Source: the human T2T-CHM13v2.0 reference genome, Homo sapiens
Length of the DNA: 64,000 bases
Direction: 5' to 3' (one strand)
Assembly (NCBI RefSeq): GCF_009914755.1
Contig: NC_060930.1
Below the pieces are notes generated by a model. The model had not been told where the DNA came from. It made no database searches and saw only the letters and a program-made list of their open reading frames with translations. The first letter of the stretch is position 1. Each line of letters begins with the position of its first letter. The position numbers and the translations under genes are program-made. Positions 17,971-32,341 of this stretch are shown here, piece after piece.

Positions 17971-18431
17971 AGTACCAGTCAGGGTTCTGTCTCTAGAGGG
18001 ACAGAACTAATAGGAGATATACATATATACACACACACACAAAGGGGAGTTTATTAAATGTTACCTCACACGATCACAAGGTCCCAAAATAGCCCATCTG
18101 CAAGATGAGAAGAAAGGAGAACCAGTCCAAGTATCAAAGCTGAAGAACTTGGAGTCCAATGTTGGAGAGCAGGAAGCATCCAGCATGGAAGAAAGATGTA
18201 GTCTGGAAGTCTAGGCCAGTCTCTCTATTCACATTTTTCTGCCTGCTTTACATTTTAGCCACACTGGCAGCTGATTAGATGGTGCCCACCCAGATTAAGG
18301 ATGGGTTTGCCTTTCCCAGCCCACTGACTCAAATATTAATCTCCTTTGGCAACACCCTCACAGACACAACCATGATCAATATTTTGCATCCTTCAATCCA
18401 ATCAAGTTGACACTCAGTATTAACCATCCCA
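17971..18431 (-). mobile_element. MLT2A 3' LTR
   Basis: 'agtcagggttc...gggacagaactaatagg' to 'taaccatccca'; adjacent purine tract (minus-strand GATAAGGGGTGGACT); AATAAA on minus at 18050-18055. Confidence 0.93.
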
Positions 18432-18799
18432 AGTCCACCCCTTATCAACTTGAACCCATGCACATCTCCTGAGATCATACATAATCTTCACTAAAAACAA
18501 TAATAAGGTCATAATTATGCCTAACATAAAACAACTATCCTTTGTACTACCGGAAATGCACCAATCCCCAACCCAAATACTATTATGTAATGTTAACAAT
18601 ACATAAATGCTCATATGAAATCAGTATGTCTTATGTCACATGATAAAGCAAAAAGGAAATAAAATGATATTTTCTTAGTACAAGTGTACAGATGCACAAA
18701 CATGTTTTTAACAAAAGAAGCTGGAAATACTCATGACAATTACAGTCCTCGTTTCTGCAGCTGGTCATGTGTTTGCAGCTGGTATTGATGACTACCTTC

Positions 18800-19260
18800 T
18801 GCTACCACCCATTCTGTATTCCCTTTGCCTTCAGCATGCACCTCAGCAGGTCATGGCTTTTTCCTGGTGGACTGACCCAAACCTTCACTCCTGAGGGGTC
18901 TAGGCCATTTGTAGTCCTGCATGGATTGGGCTGTTGTAGTTTCCCATTGACCTTAATCACAAGGCATAGTAATATTAAGAGATGTCCTAATGGATTTCCT
19001 GTATTCCATGCATACTCTTCCTTGCCTCCATTGTGGAGTAGTAGACTGATTTCATCTTGATAGTCCAGATCAATCACCCCAGCCAACACTGTAACTCCCT
19101 TCTTAGCCTGTTGACGTAAATGTAGGTAGGAGGATCCCAAAGTGTCCCAGTGGCAATCTTAACTTCCATGTAATTGGAATTGTCATTGTTTCTCCTGGTG
19201 GCAGCATTCCTCCCTCTGAAATGAAGACCTCTAGGCCAGCAGAACGTAATGTGGCAGGAA
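18800..19260 (-). pseudogene. HERV-L dUTPase and pol C-terminal remnant
   Basis: SAGLEV...GGMLPPGET...KLRLPLGHFG and KKGVTVLAGVIDLDYQDEI; frameshifted. Confidence 0.85.
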
Positions 19261-22200
19261 CAGGAAGCAAAAGTTTTGCTAGTGGATCACTAGGGGTGAT
19301 GGTGAGTGGTGCCACTTCCACTTCTACCCCTTGATTCCTGGACCTGTGAATCCTGGCTGTGGAAGAAACAGTACCATATATTGGACACCAATTCAGAACA
19401 TACAGAGCATTCTGGAGAACTTTGCCCCAGCCCTGCAAAGTATTGTCACCTAGTCAGCATTGTAATTGTGAATTCAAAAGGACATTCCGCCATTCTATCA
19501 ATCCAGCTGCTTCAGGATGATGGAGAACATGGTAAGACCAGTGAATTTCATGAGCATGAGCCCACTGCTGCACTTCTTTAGCCATAAAGTGAGTGCCTTG
19601 GTCAGAGGAAATGCTGTATGGAATACCATGACGGTGGATAAGGCATTCCGTGAGTCCACGGATGGTAGTCTTGGCAGAAACATTGCATGCAGGATAGGCA
19701 AACCCATATCTGGGATAAGTGTCTATTCCAGTGAGGAAAAGCCTCTGCCCTATCCATTATGGAAGAGGTCCAATATAATCAAACTGTCAGCAGGTAGCTG
19801 GCTGACCACCCCGAGGAATGGTGCCATATCAAAGGCTCAGTGTTGGTCTCTGCTGCTGGAAAATTGGGCACTCAGCAGTGGCCATAGCCAGGTCAGCCTT
19901 GCTGAGTGGAAGTCCCTGTTGCTGAACCCATGCATAACCTCTATCCAAGCCACCATGGCCACTTTGTTCAAGGGCCCATTGGGTGATGACAGGGGTGTCT
20001 GGGGAAAGAGGCTGAGTGATGTCCACAGAACGGATCACCCTATCCACTTGATAATTAAAATCGTCCTCTGCTGAGGTCACCATTGGTGAGCAATCACATG
20101 GGATACAAATATCATTACAGTTTTTGACCACTCAGAGAGGTCCATCTACATATCTCTTCCCCAAATTTCTTTGTCACCAATTTTCCAATCATGCTTCTTC
20201 CAAATCCCTGACTATACAGCCAAACCTTTGGCTATAGCCCATGAATCAGTATATGAACACACACCTGGCCATTTCTCCTTACATGCAAAGTGCACAACCA
20301 GGTGCACGGCTTGAAGTTCTGCCTATTGGGAAGATTTCCCTTCACTGCTGTCCTTCAGGGATGTTGTAGAAAGGGGCTGTAAAGTTGCAGCTCTCCACTT
20401 TCGGGTGGTGCCTGCATATCTGTCGGAACCATCTGTGAACTAGGCCCTATTCTTCTCTTCCTCTGTCAACTGATCATTGGGAACTCCCAATGGGGCCATC
20501 AGTGCAGGCTGTGGGGGAGAAGGCAGGGTGGCAGGAGTGGAGACCATGGGCATTTGAGACACTTTCTCATGTAACTTACTTGTGCCTTCAGGACCTGCTC
20601 AAGCCCGGTCACATATATACCGCTTCCATTTGATGATGGAATGCTGCTGTGCATGACCCACTTTATGGCTAGATGGGTCAGAAAGCACCCAGTTCATGAT
20701 AGGCAGTTCAGGTCACATGGTTACTTGATGACCCACAGTCAAACATTCAGTTTCCACGAAAGCCCAGTAACAGGCCAAGAGCTGTCTCTCAAAAGGAGAG
20801 TAGTTATCTGCAGAAGATGGCATGGCCTTGGCTCCGTAACACTAGAGGCCTCTGCTGTGATTCACCTATGGGGGCCTGTCAAAGGCTCCAAATAGCATCC
20901 CTATCTGCCACTGATACCTCAAGAACCATTGGATCTGCTGGGTCTTGTGGCCCAAGTGGCAGAGCAGCTTGCACTGCAGCCTGGACCTGTTGCAGAGCCT
21001 TCTACTGTTCTTGACCCCACCCAAAACTGGCAGCCTTTTGGGTCACTCAATAAATGGGCCAGAGTAACACACCCAAATGAGGAATGTGTTGTCTCCAAAA
21101 TCCAAATAAGCCCACTAGGCATTGTGCTTGTTTCTTGGTTGTAGGAGGGGCCAAATGCAGCAACTTATCCTTCACCTTAAAAGGAATATCTCGACAGGCC
21201 CCATATCACTGGACCCTTAGAAATTTTATTGAAGTAAAATATTTTACTAAAATTCCCTGAATTTTAGTCAGATTTATTTCCCATCCTCTGGTATGCAAAT
21301 GTCTCACCAATAAGTTCAGTGTGTTTGCTACTTCTTGCTCACTGGATCCAATCAGCATAATGTCATCAATATAATGGACCAGTGTGATATTCTTACAGAA
21401 GTGAAAAGCAATCAAGATCTCTCCAAATAAGATTATGACACAAAGCTGGATAATTGACATACTCCTGAGGTAGGACAGTAAAAGTATGTTGTTGGCCTTG
21501 CCAGCTAAAGGCAAATTGCTTCTGGTGGGCCTTATGAACAGGAATGGAGAAAAAGGCAATTGCCGAGTCAATGGCTTCATACCAGGTACGAGGAGACGTG
21601 TTAATTTGCTCAAGCAATGAAACCACATCTGGTACAGCAGCTGCAATTGGAGTCACCACTTGGTTAAGCTTACGAAAATCCACTGTCATTATCCAAGAAA
21701 CATGTCTTCTCTACAGGCCACACGGAGAGTTGAAGGGGATGTGGTGGAATCATCACCCCTGTGTCTTTCGAGTCCTTTATGGTGGCACTAATATCTGCAG
21801 TCCCTCCAGAGATGTGATATTGTTTTTGATTTACTATTTTTCTAGGTATAGGCAGCTCTAATTGCTTCCGTTTGGCCTTTCCCATCATAATAGCCTGCAC
21901 CCTACCAGTCAGGGAGCCAATGTGGGTGTTCTGCCAGCTGCTAAAAATGTCTGTGCCAATTATGCATTCTGGCACTGGGGAAATGACCACGAGATGAGTT
22001 CGAGGACTCACTGGACAAACGGTAAATCAGACCTGAGCTAAAACTCCATTAAATACCTGACCTCCTTAATCCCCTACTTTAACTGGAGGAGCACAATGAT
22101 GTTTTGGGTCCCCTGTAATCAACGTCAGCTCAGAGCCAGTGTCTAGTAGTCCCTGAGGTATCTGATCATTTCCCTTTCTCCAATGCACAGTTACCCTAGT
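19260..22200 (-). pseudogene. HERV-L pro-pol remnant (protease, RT, RNase H, integrase)
   Basis: LLDTGSELT (DTG at 22135-22143), [18 protein letters not shown] (YIDD at 21362-21373), degenerate HHCC 'EQSGHGG...AECPIFQQ'; many frameshifts. Confidence 0.92.
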
Positions 22201-24028
22201 AAAAGGCTAAATGTCTCCTTGAGGAATGATGGGAGAAAGATTTTTTGCATACATTGTCAGTTCCTCAAGAGGAACCAGGCTCCCCTTCATTCAAGGGGTT
22301 CTGGGTCTGTAAACTGACTCAAGTCTGAAAATTGATTGAGGGGCTCTGATTCTCTGTTTTCCTAATTCAAATTAGTCTTTTGTCCATTTGACCTAGAAGT
22401 TTTCTGCTTATATAAATTAAGTAGAAATGCAGCAGGCTTCCTATGAATTTCATTTCTAGAAACACCGTGATTCATTAGCCAATGCTAGAGCTTTACACGA
22501 GTCAGACTATTCTGATTGCTGCTTTGTCTCTGCTGTCTGTTATGACAGCTATGACCATCTTGCGTTTGACAGTTGAGTGCTGCCACTTGGCTCCTGCCAC
22601 CTCAGGACCCAACTTTTCCCGTTATATTTAAAATTTGTAGTTGAGTGACTGCAGTTCCCAGTTTTAGATCTGACATACAGACTACAGCAATTACAGGGCT
22701 CTTCAGAGATGCAGGTGCTGCTCTCAAAAATCTATTTCACAAGGCATTTGTCAAGGATATATCTTCTGGACCTTCCCAGCTGGGATGAGTAGGTCTAAAG
22801 TGACTAATCCACTCTGCCATCTTAATCTCCCTAAGCCTTTGGATCCCTTCCTCTACATTAAACCAAAGGAGATCAGGCATTTCCAGCTCACTCACAGTGG
22901 GCCATCTTTTAATCTGTATTTCAGCTAAACAAGGAAATAAACTATTAGAACCTTTTTTAATTCCCTGAGGTGCAACATTAAATGCAGAGTCCCTACTTAG
23001 TGGGCCCAAATCAATAAATTCAGCCTGATCCAACTCTAGATTCCTTCCACCATTATTCCACACCCTTAATATCCATTCCTATGCCTATTCTCCAGATTTC
23101 TGTTTATGTAAATTAGAAAATTCAAGCAGTCTTTTTAAAGTGTAGCATACCTCCTCATGGGTCACCCTCTCAATCTCACCTCTAGGGGTCCACCAGGACT
23201 TTAGTTATAGGTCTAGGTGCAAACAGGGGTGTTGGGGGTGGCTCCTGAAGAGAATTAACATTATTTTGCCTGGTAACTGCCTCAGGGGAGGCCATCACTG
23301 TTGCCTCAGGAACTTCAGAGTTCAACTCCTCAGACAAAGGTGGAAAGGCTGATGGCAGCATGAGTGGGGAGAGGATGTTGCCACTACTGGGGATGGGGAA
23401 GGTATTCTGGCAAAAAAGGTTGATCAGCATTGACAAACTCAGCATCCCTCGCTTCATCAGGGTCCTCCCACATGTCCCCATTCCAAGTTGCAGGGTCCCA
23501 TTATTTTCCAGTTAATGCCCTCACTTTAACAGTAGACATCTGGTGACACTGTGCATGCCTCTTTTGTTGCAGGTCAGCCACTTTCATGATAAAAGCTTCT
23601 GTCTGTTTTTCCACAATTTCAGCTCTTTCTCTACAGGAGATAATACTCTCACTCAGGGCAATCTTAGCAGATTTGAGGCTCAGTATCTGCTTCTGAAGCT
23701 GGGAGTTAGAATCCTTGAGTTCATCATTTTCTTTCATCACTTTGTCCACTGAAATTTGGAGCAACCAACCAGCTTCATTATGTTCGTTGGTTCTCCACAT
23801 ATGGTTAAAGGTTTTATGTACAGGGTCACTAAACTCCTTGCCTCTCATGAGCAGTGATTCAGGAGTGTCAAATGCATTTATTTTGCATATCTCTCTAAAC
23901 AATTTATGCCAAGGACTATCAGTGTTCTCCATACTATTAGAAGTAGAGTCCTTTTTTTGAGCATTCTTGGGTCTAATCATATTAAGCAGCCAACTCCAGA
24001 AACTCCCAAACCAATGAAAGAACTCCAC
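22200..24028 (-). pseudogene. HERV-L gag remnant
   Basis: FWSWLLNMIRPKNA...SMENTDSPWH and WNNGGRNLELDQAEFIDLGPLSRDSAFNV are ERV-L gag motifs; fragmented. Confidence 0.9.
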
Positions 24029-24052
24029 CCTTAATATTCTGCTCCTCTAGAA

Positions 24053-24067
24053 CCACTCCTGGTGCCA
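24053..24067 (-). other. tRNA-Leu-type primer binding site
   Basis: Minus strand TGGCACCAGGAGTGG just internal to the 5' LTR. Confidence 0.8.
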
Positions 24068-24072
24068 AAATC

Positions 24073-24445
24073 TGTATTAGTCAGGGTTCTTTAGAGGGAC
24101 ATAACTAATAGGATAGAAATATATATTATCTATATATCTATATATCTTTTCCTCTCTATATATTTCTATATATATCTATATATCCTCCTATACATAATAT
24201 ATACAAAGATGTAGGCTGGGAAGCTAGCCCGGTCTAGTCTTTTTACATTTTTCTGCCTGCTTTATATTCTAGCCACACTGGTTGCTGATTAGATGGTTCC
24301 CACCCAGATTAAGGGTGGGTCTGCCTTTCCCAGTCCCCTGACTCAAATGTTAATCTCCTTTGGCAACACCCTCACAGACACATCCAGGATCAATGCTTTG
24401 CATCCTTCAATCCAATCAGGTTGACACTCAGTGTTAACCATCACA
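24073..24445 (-). mobile_element. MLT2A 5' LTR with ~150-bp internal deletion and TA-rich expansion
   Basis: 'tgtattagtcagggttc' to 'aaccatcaca'; lacks the sequence matching 18041-18191. Confidence 0.93.
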
Positions 24446-25384
24446 ATATATTACTGACAAACTTAAATGTATACCTACCACTACTTCAAAAGCAACAAGT
24501 TCTGTCCTCAACAGCCAATCATATTTTTAACAATTAGGTAGACTGACTTAAGCTATTACAAATACAAATATAGTTGATCTTATTCTTTTTTATCTAAAAC
24601 AATTCACTTCACTGTTAGCAAGAATATTTAAATAAGCTAATTGCCTTTTTTAAGCGGTAATTAATTTTGCATATACAATATCCAAATCACATTAGTTTTA
24701 TACAGAACACTGCTTTCAAGAGATCAAAGGATTTTTCTAATGTAATTTTTAGCAATGTTTGCAAAACCCACTAAATTTTATAGTAACTAATCCTATTCTA
24801 GTTTGAAGGATAGAAAATACCAGTTAAGCATAACTTAATTGCCTCTCCTTTTGTTTGGTTAACTCTTTAACACTGTGGATTACCCAGACTAAACATGAGG
24901 CCTAGGGTATTTGTTGAGAAAAATACAATAATATAAACACAATCTAACTTTTTTTTGATGGTTCTTGAACTCAGCCCCTCCTGTACCTTTATGCATCAAG
25001 GGTGTAGATGGGCACCAGCCTCTGCCTCATCTCAGGTCTTGGGACAAGGTCTGGGGGTAAGAGAAGCTGAAAGGAGATGAGCCTTGGAGGAACAAACCAA
25101 ATCTCAGTCGAAAAAAAATCTTTAGCTTTTTAATTTTAAAATATATCCTCAATTCCTCTTAGAATGATAATCTTTTTTTCCTCTTATCATTGAAATTAAT
25201 TATAAAAAAGGTAACTTTTTGGGGAACAGTTGTATGAAAATCATCAATAACACAAATTTTAATCATCAGAAGTTGAACAACTAAAGAAAATGAGAAACAT
25301 GTCTCTTCTGAAATTGAGGTCAAAAAACTGACTAGTTCATTAATTTGATCATTTTAACTTTAAAATATTTAAAATATTGTAAAC

Positions 25385-25515
25385 TTTTAAAATGTAAAGT
25401 GGGTGTTCAAAATCTTAATTCATAAGGATGTTGTAGAAATGAAAAGCAATTATATGAGAAAATGTTGGCAGAATGGCTGGCACCTGGTCAGCACTAGGTA
25501 AATTGTTGAATGTTA
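25385..25515. mobile_element. MIR fragment
   Basis: 'cataaggatgttgtagaaatgaaa...ggctggcacctggtcagcactag'. Confidence 0.55.
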
Positions 25516-26429
25516 TTACTAATGAAACACATATTTGCTGGACAATTTCACAATTTACCTTGGTGAAAGGTGTTGGGAATTGCTGTGCAAATGGAACTTC
25601 TTTTTAACATATAACAGGTTTAAAATCATGGAAGGAGGTATCTTTAAAGTCAGATTTATTTGCCATTTAATAAAAGTAAAAATGTAAATATCACCACAGT
25701 TGTGGTGGCCAACAAGAGGAAAACAAAGATAGAGAGAGAGAGAGAAAGAGAAACAGAGAGTAAGAGAGAGCAAGTGGCCAAACAGGTGTGGAGGCTCCTG
25801 CCAATATGCTGTATTCCAGGCTGGAGGCCACTTGGAATCTTGAACCCAACATGTTATTTTACAAAGAGTTTTTAAAATATGCACAACCAGTAGATTTCCC
25901 AAGCACTTCCATTTTCAGCACAATCCACTTACAAAAACCTGGAGAGAAAAGAGTTAGGTATAGTCTTTTAGTAAAACTAAAAATAGCAACTAATAAAATA
26001 TTAACAAGAACAAATCTATGTGAAATGCAAACAGCAATCTTTCAGTAACACAGGCAGCTTTCCATGGTAAAAGAAGGTGAACAGAAAACAAAAATTCATG
26101 GAAATCAACAGTACTATAGGTACTCCTGAGCATCTCTATACCAACATTTTTTTGAATTAAAAGAATTTTTCCTTTTACAAAGTATGAATTCATGATGTAT
26201 TGAGTTTATTATTTTTGCCATTTTTGCAAAAATTAAAAGACAAATGTCTTATGAAGACATTTCTAACTTTTAAAGACAATTAAGTATTAGAATTTGAGTG
26301 TTTTTTAAAGTTTGTCTTCCTTAAGGTAGATGGAGAAATGATACATTGAGTTAAAGTTAATCTCTCTTTGTGCCTCTTATAAACTCGGCCTTTTATCTAC
26401 ATTGTCTCTAATCTCCTAATAACATAAAT

Positions 26430-26495
26430 TAATTATTCTATCTACATTTTATAGATGAGCAACCTGAGGTTCAGCGAGATTAAGAAGTTTGCTTC
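26430..26495. mobile_element. MIR core fragment
   Basis: 'cattttatagatgagcaacctgaggttcagcgagattaag'. Confidence 0.7.
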
Positions 26496-27364
26496 TGCTT
26501 ATTTTAACAAATCAAATACGTAGTATTACAACATAATGTTTGTGGCATTAAAATATATATTAATTCCAATGTGTATTGTTGTTTTTACTATGGAAATGTA
26601 AGTTATTTTATTTGCTTTAACCATCATTAGTCAACATAAAAACAGATTCAAATATTAATATCTGATGGTGATATTTTTCTAGATAATTGTAAAAGAAAGA
26701 TAAAGTTAGTTTCCTGATTTGTTCCATTGAATGTTTATTACTTTATACAAATGTTATTATATCTCAGTTATATAATAATATACTCATCATAGATTACACA
26801 GTGACCAAAAAGGAAAAAGAATGACCCTAAATCCATTAGCCTGTCATGATGTCTATTTTCCATATTGAAAACAGTTTTTATAATAATTTGGAATCTGATC
26901 TTTAAAACTGAACAATATGTTATGTACCTTTTCTCTGTCAGTTTGTGCTCCAAATAAGTAGTTTTACATTTTAGAAGAATCCTTTGTACAAACAAGTATG
27001 AAGGGGACCTTGAATAGGTACAACAATAGAGCTAGGCCTGTTCTGGTTGAAGCAGGGGAAAGCAGAGGTGTGCCTACCAGGGTAGCTTCTCACCCTCACT
27101 CCCCAACAGCCCCTTGAAACTCCTCTGTGGAATTGGGCTTCCATGGAGAATGCTTTAAAAATCCTTCTTCTGCATCATTTCCTCTAATGATGCACTATGA
27201 TTCCATTTGACTGGATATACACTAAATTATTTTAACAAAACCAATCACTGTTTTGGGGTGGGGTTTGAATAATAAAAATCACAACAAAAATCATTACTGA
27301 ACAGAAAAATAATAACTGCTTAATAACCACTTTCAAAAGAAAACCTAAATTAATGATTAAAGCA

Positions 27365-27485
27365 TCCCTATAAACAACCATTATTACTACTCCCATATCT
27401 CAAATGAAGAGACTGTAGCATAGGAAGGTATATTAACATGTTTAACATTACAAGTCTGGTAAGTAAAGGAGTCAGAATCAGGAAT
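27365..27485. mobile_element. MIR fragment
   Basis: 'ctcccatatctcaaatgaagagactgtagcatag...agtaaaggagtcagaat'. Confidence 0.6.
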
Positions 27486-27859
27486 TAATACTATAAATAA
27501 AATATCAATAATTTTTTTGTAGCTAAGACCTATTTAGATATAATTTATTATATCTTAAGCAAATATCTAGAAATACAAGCCATTCTTAATATATGAGAAT
27601 ATTGATTTCCTATATCCAATCTTAATGGATATTTATATAATAACACAATATGTTATCATTACCATAAAATATTTTCCAGCTTGATTGGTGAAGATGACAT
27701 ATTATTATTTTATGAAATAATAAATATGAATTGAACATAATACAAGAAAAATATTAAGTGAAAACACACAGTGTAAAGGAAGCATATTAAGTTCCACAAT
27801 ATATTATATCATGTAATCTTTATAACTGTCAAATCTAGAACTCACACTCATAAGTGTTC

Positions 27860-28580
27860 ATCTATGAATCCCATGCCCTGAACCATTAATGTTTTATGAA
27901 TTTTTTGATGAGTAACATTGCACATTTTACTATGTTTATTATCTAATTACATTTTAATTTTATGATTTGCTAATTTGTCCTAGATCATTTTTTATTTGAA
28001 TTTTTGAATTCTTATTGATTGCCAATACTGCTCATGTATGAAAATTAAGTTGTGGAATATATAACAAGTGTAGTTTTTACTTTTCCTTTTGCATTTCCAA
28101 AAAATAATGTTTTTTTTTTGGCATAACCATTTTAGATTTTCACCTTGTCAAACCTAGCTCTCCCTATATTCTGTAATAGTGCACGTAGTTGTTATGGTAA
28201 AATTATACAAATACGTCTCATGATTTCATTTGACTAGATTTATGATTTAGCTTTTTAAATTAAATCATTTATATGAAATTTATTTTGATATGTAGTGTGT
28301 AGTAATGGCTTAGTTTAAAAAATGATTTCCTGCTTGTATACATTGTACTGGGTATATTATCCTTTTGTTTTTGTTCCATTTTCAGTTTTGTCTATTCTAG
28401 CACCAGTAATGTTTTATTTACTGTATTTTAAGACTACAATCTATTATCTACTAAGGAAAACTGTACTTAGTAATTGTTTCAAAATGTTCTTGTCAATGCT
28501 TTTCTATGTCATAATTCCAGATGAAGTTTAGAATCAATTTGTTAAATTATAAAAATTTTTCATTAGCATTTTGATTAAAA
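27860..28580 (-). mobile_element. Ancient L1M remnant
   Basis: 'ttccagatgaagtttagaatcaatttgtt', 'tctattctagcaccagta'. Confidence 0.55.
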
Positions 28581-28581
28581 A

Positions 28582-30295
28582 TTTTATTTTATTCTATTTA
28601 CTTATTATTATACTTTAAGTTCTCAGATACATGTGCAGAATGTGCAGGTTTGTTACATAGGTATACATGTGCCATGGTGTTTTGCTGCACCCATCCACCT
28701 GTAATCTACGTTAGGTATTTCTCCTAATGCTATCCTTCCCCTTGCCCCCCACCCTTCAACAGGCCCTGGTGTGTGATGTTCTCCTCCCTGTGCCCATGTG
28801 TTCTCATTGTTCAACTCCCACTTATGAGTGACAACATGTGGTGTTTGGTTTTCTGTTCCTGTGTTAGTTTGCTAATAATTGTGGTTTCCAGCTTCATTCA
28901 TGTCCCTGCAAAGGACACAAGCTCATTCTTTCTTATGGTTGCATAGTATTCCATGGTGTATATGTGCCACATTTTCTTTATTGAGTCTAACATTGATGGG
29001 CATTTGGGTTGATTCCAAGGGTTTGCTATTGTGAATAGTGCCGCAATAAACATACGTGTACATGTGTCTTTATACTAGAATGATTTATAATCCTTTGGGT
29101 ATATACCCAGTAATGGGATTGCTGGGTCAAATGGTATTTCTGGTTCTAGATCCTTGAGGAATCGCCACACTGTCTTCCACAGTGGTTGAACTAATTTATA
29201 CTCCCACGAACAGTGTAAAAGTGTTCCTATTTCTCCACCTTATCTCCAGCATCTGTTGTTTCCTGACTTTTTAATGATTGCCATTCTAACTGGCATGAGA
29301 TGGTATCCCATTGTGGTTTTGATTTGCATTTCTCTAATGACCAGTGAGGATGAGTTTTTTTTTTTTTTTCATGTTTGTTGGCCACATAAATGTCTTGTTT
29401 TGAGAAGTGTCTGTTCATATCCTTTGCCCACTTTCTGATGGGGTTGTTTTTTTTCTTGTAAATTTGTTTAAGTTTCTTGTAGATTCTGAATATTAGCCCT
29501 TTGTCAGATGGATAGATGGCGAAAATTTTCTCCCATTCTGTAGGTGGTCTGTTCATGTTGATGATAGTTTCTTATGCTGTGCAGAAGCTCTTTAGTTTAC
29601 TTACATACCATTTGTCCATTTTGGCTTTTGTTGCAATTGCTTTTGGTGTTTTAGTCATGATATCTTTCCCCGTGCCTATGTCCTGAATGGTATTGCCTAG
29701 GTATTCTTTTAGGGTTTTTATGGTTTTAGGTCTTACATTTAAATCACTAATCCAGCTTCAGTTAATTTTTGTATAAGGTGTAAGGAAGGGGTCCAGTTTC
29801 AGTTTTCTGCATATGGCCAGCCAGTTTTCCCAACACCATTTATTAAATAGGGAATCCTTTACCCACTGATTCCCTTTGTCAGTTTTGTCAAAGATCAGAT
29901 GGTTGTAGATGTGTGGTGTTATTTCTGAGGCTTCTTTTCTGTTCCATTGGTCTATATATCTGTTTTGGTACCAGTACCATGCTGTTTTAATTACTATAAT
30001 CTTGTAGTATAGTTTGAAGTCAGGTAACATGATGCCTCCAGCTGTGTTCTTTTTGCTTAGGATTGTCTTGGCTATACAGGCTCTTTTTTGGTTCCATATG
30101 AAATTTAAAGTAGTTTTTCTAATTCTATGAAGAAGGTCAATGGTAGCTTGATGGGAATAACATTGGATCTATAAATTACTTTGGGCAGTATGGCCATTTT
30201 CACAATAGTGATTATTCCTATCCAACAGCATGGAATGTTTTTCCGTTTGTTTGTGTCCTCTCTTATTTCCTTGAGTAGTAGTTTTTAGTTCTCCT
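28582..30295 (-). mobile_element. L1PA7/8-like, 5'-truncated (~1.7 kb)
   Basis: Reverse 3' end 'tatactttaagttctcagatacatgtgcagaatgtgcagg'; ORF2 fragments [15 protein letters not shown] and [12 protein letters not shown]. Confidence 0.93.
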
Positions 30296-30936
30296 AAATT
30301 TTAAAATAATATTTTAATCTTGGAAGAGTGACAGCTTTATGTAAGGGTTCACTTTGATGAATACTATCCACAAGGGACACATTCTAAGACCCTCAGAAGA
30401 TGCCTGAAACTGAACCCTGTATACACTATGTTTTTTCCTGTACATATATATCCACAATAAAGTTTAACTTATTAATTAGGTACAGTAGGATATTAGAAGC
30501 AATAACTAGTAATGCTATAGAATGACTAAAACAGTATCCTGTGTAAAATTTCATGGATAGAAGATTTGTTCTTACTGCTAATTTTAGCAACATCAGCATA
30601 TGATTTTTTTCCTTATTGAGAACTTTTACCTTTTCATTTAAATGAAGTACTTGATGGCTTCTTTTTGACATATTTGAATTGCCAGAATCACTACTTTTGC
30701 ACTTCAGGGTCCTTAATGAAGTAAAATAAGAGTTACTTAAACACAAACACTTCAATACCTGGGACAGTTGATCTGATAAGTGAGACAGCTACTGAGTGGC
30801 TCATGAGGAGGCAGTGTCTACAGGTGAATCCACTGGACAAAGGGATGTGTCACAATTCAAGGTGGGATGGAGCAGGTGGCACAAAATGTCATCACACTTC
30901 TCAGTACCATGTGCAATTTAAAACTTATTAATTGCT

Positions 30937-31264
<328 letters not shown>

Positions 31265-31274
31265 TTAATATTTT

Positions 31275-31721
31275 TGTCATCAAAATACCTGGGGTTTGGT
31301 ATAGGTCCTGCCGTTTGCCGCATAGAAAGTCAATGACTGAGATGATGAGTCTGCCGAGGAAAAAGGCTTTATTCAGGTGTTGCAGCTGAGGAGATGGGAG
31401 ATCAGTCTCAAGTCCATCCCCCTGACCAACTAAAATTAGGGATTTATATAGCAGGGGAGAAATAGAACTATGTATGGGAAAACAGGAATTCAGGAAGGGT
31501 AAGGAAGCAGTCCTGATGAATGAGGGGCCTGGCATCTCATTGGATGGGATAATCTGGGAAGTTTTGGTTCTTTAACACTTTTTGAGAGGCCTAGGGGTCC
31601 TTTACTGAGGAAGGAGCTCAGATAAAACAAATGGGAGTTTTAAGCTTTCAGACGAGAGTGGTCAATTTCTCTGTTTATTAAAAACAAACTGTGTATGTAT
31701 GGGAGTATTGGGTCAGTTTCA
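31275..31721 (-). mobile_element. ERV1 (MER4-group) solo LTR, subfamily unresolved
   Basis: TG...CA termini, 4-bp TSD tttt; homologous to 54778-55217. Confidence 0.8.
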
Positions 31722-31876
31722 TTTTTAGGCTATAGTTGATTATAGGTAACTGAGGAGAGACTACAGGCATACCGAAGAGATAGTACAGGTTTGGATCCAG
31801 ACCACCACAATAAAGCAGATATCACAATAAAGCAGGTTATACAAATTTGTTGGTTTCCCAGTGCATATAAAAGCTA

Positions 31877-32341
<465 letters not shown>

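Larger units (their letters stand above)
17971..24445 (-). mobile_element. Full-length decayed HERV-L provirus with MLT2A LTRs
   Basis: Two LTRs; 5-bp TSD ATATA (17966-17970 / 24446-24450); gag-pol-dUTPase remnants; no env; PBS and PPT present. Confidence 0.96.

Noticed and set aside
19517-20074. 185-aa plus-strand ORF
   Set aside because: Antisense shadow of the HERV-L integrase region
18800-24028. Functional or domesticated HERV-L gag/pol/dUTPase (Fv1-like)
   Set aside because: All genes are broken by stops and frameshifts; longest sense piece is 175 aa; integrase zinc-finger residues are mutated
25555-26048. Overlapping ORFs around a (GA)n tract
   Set aside because: Low complexity, no homology recognised
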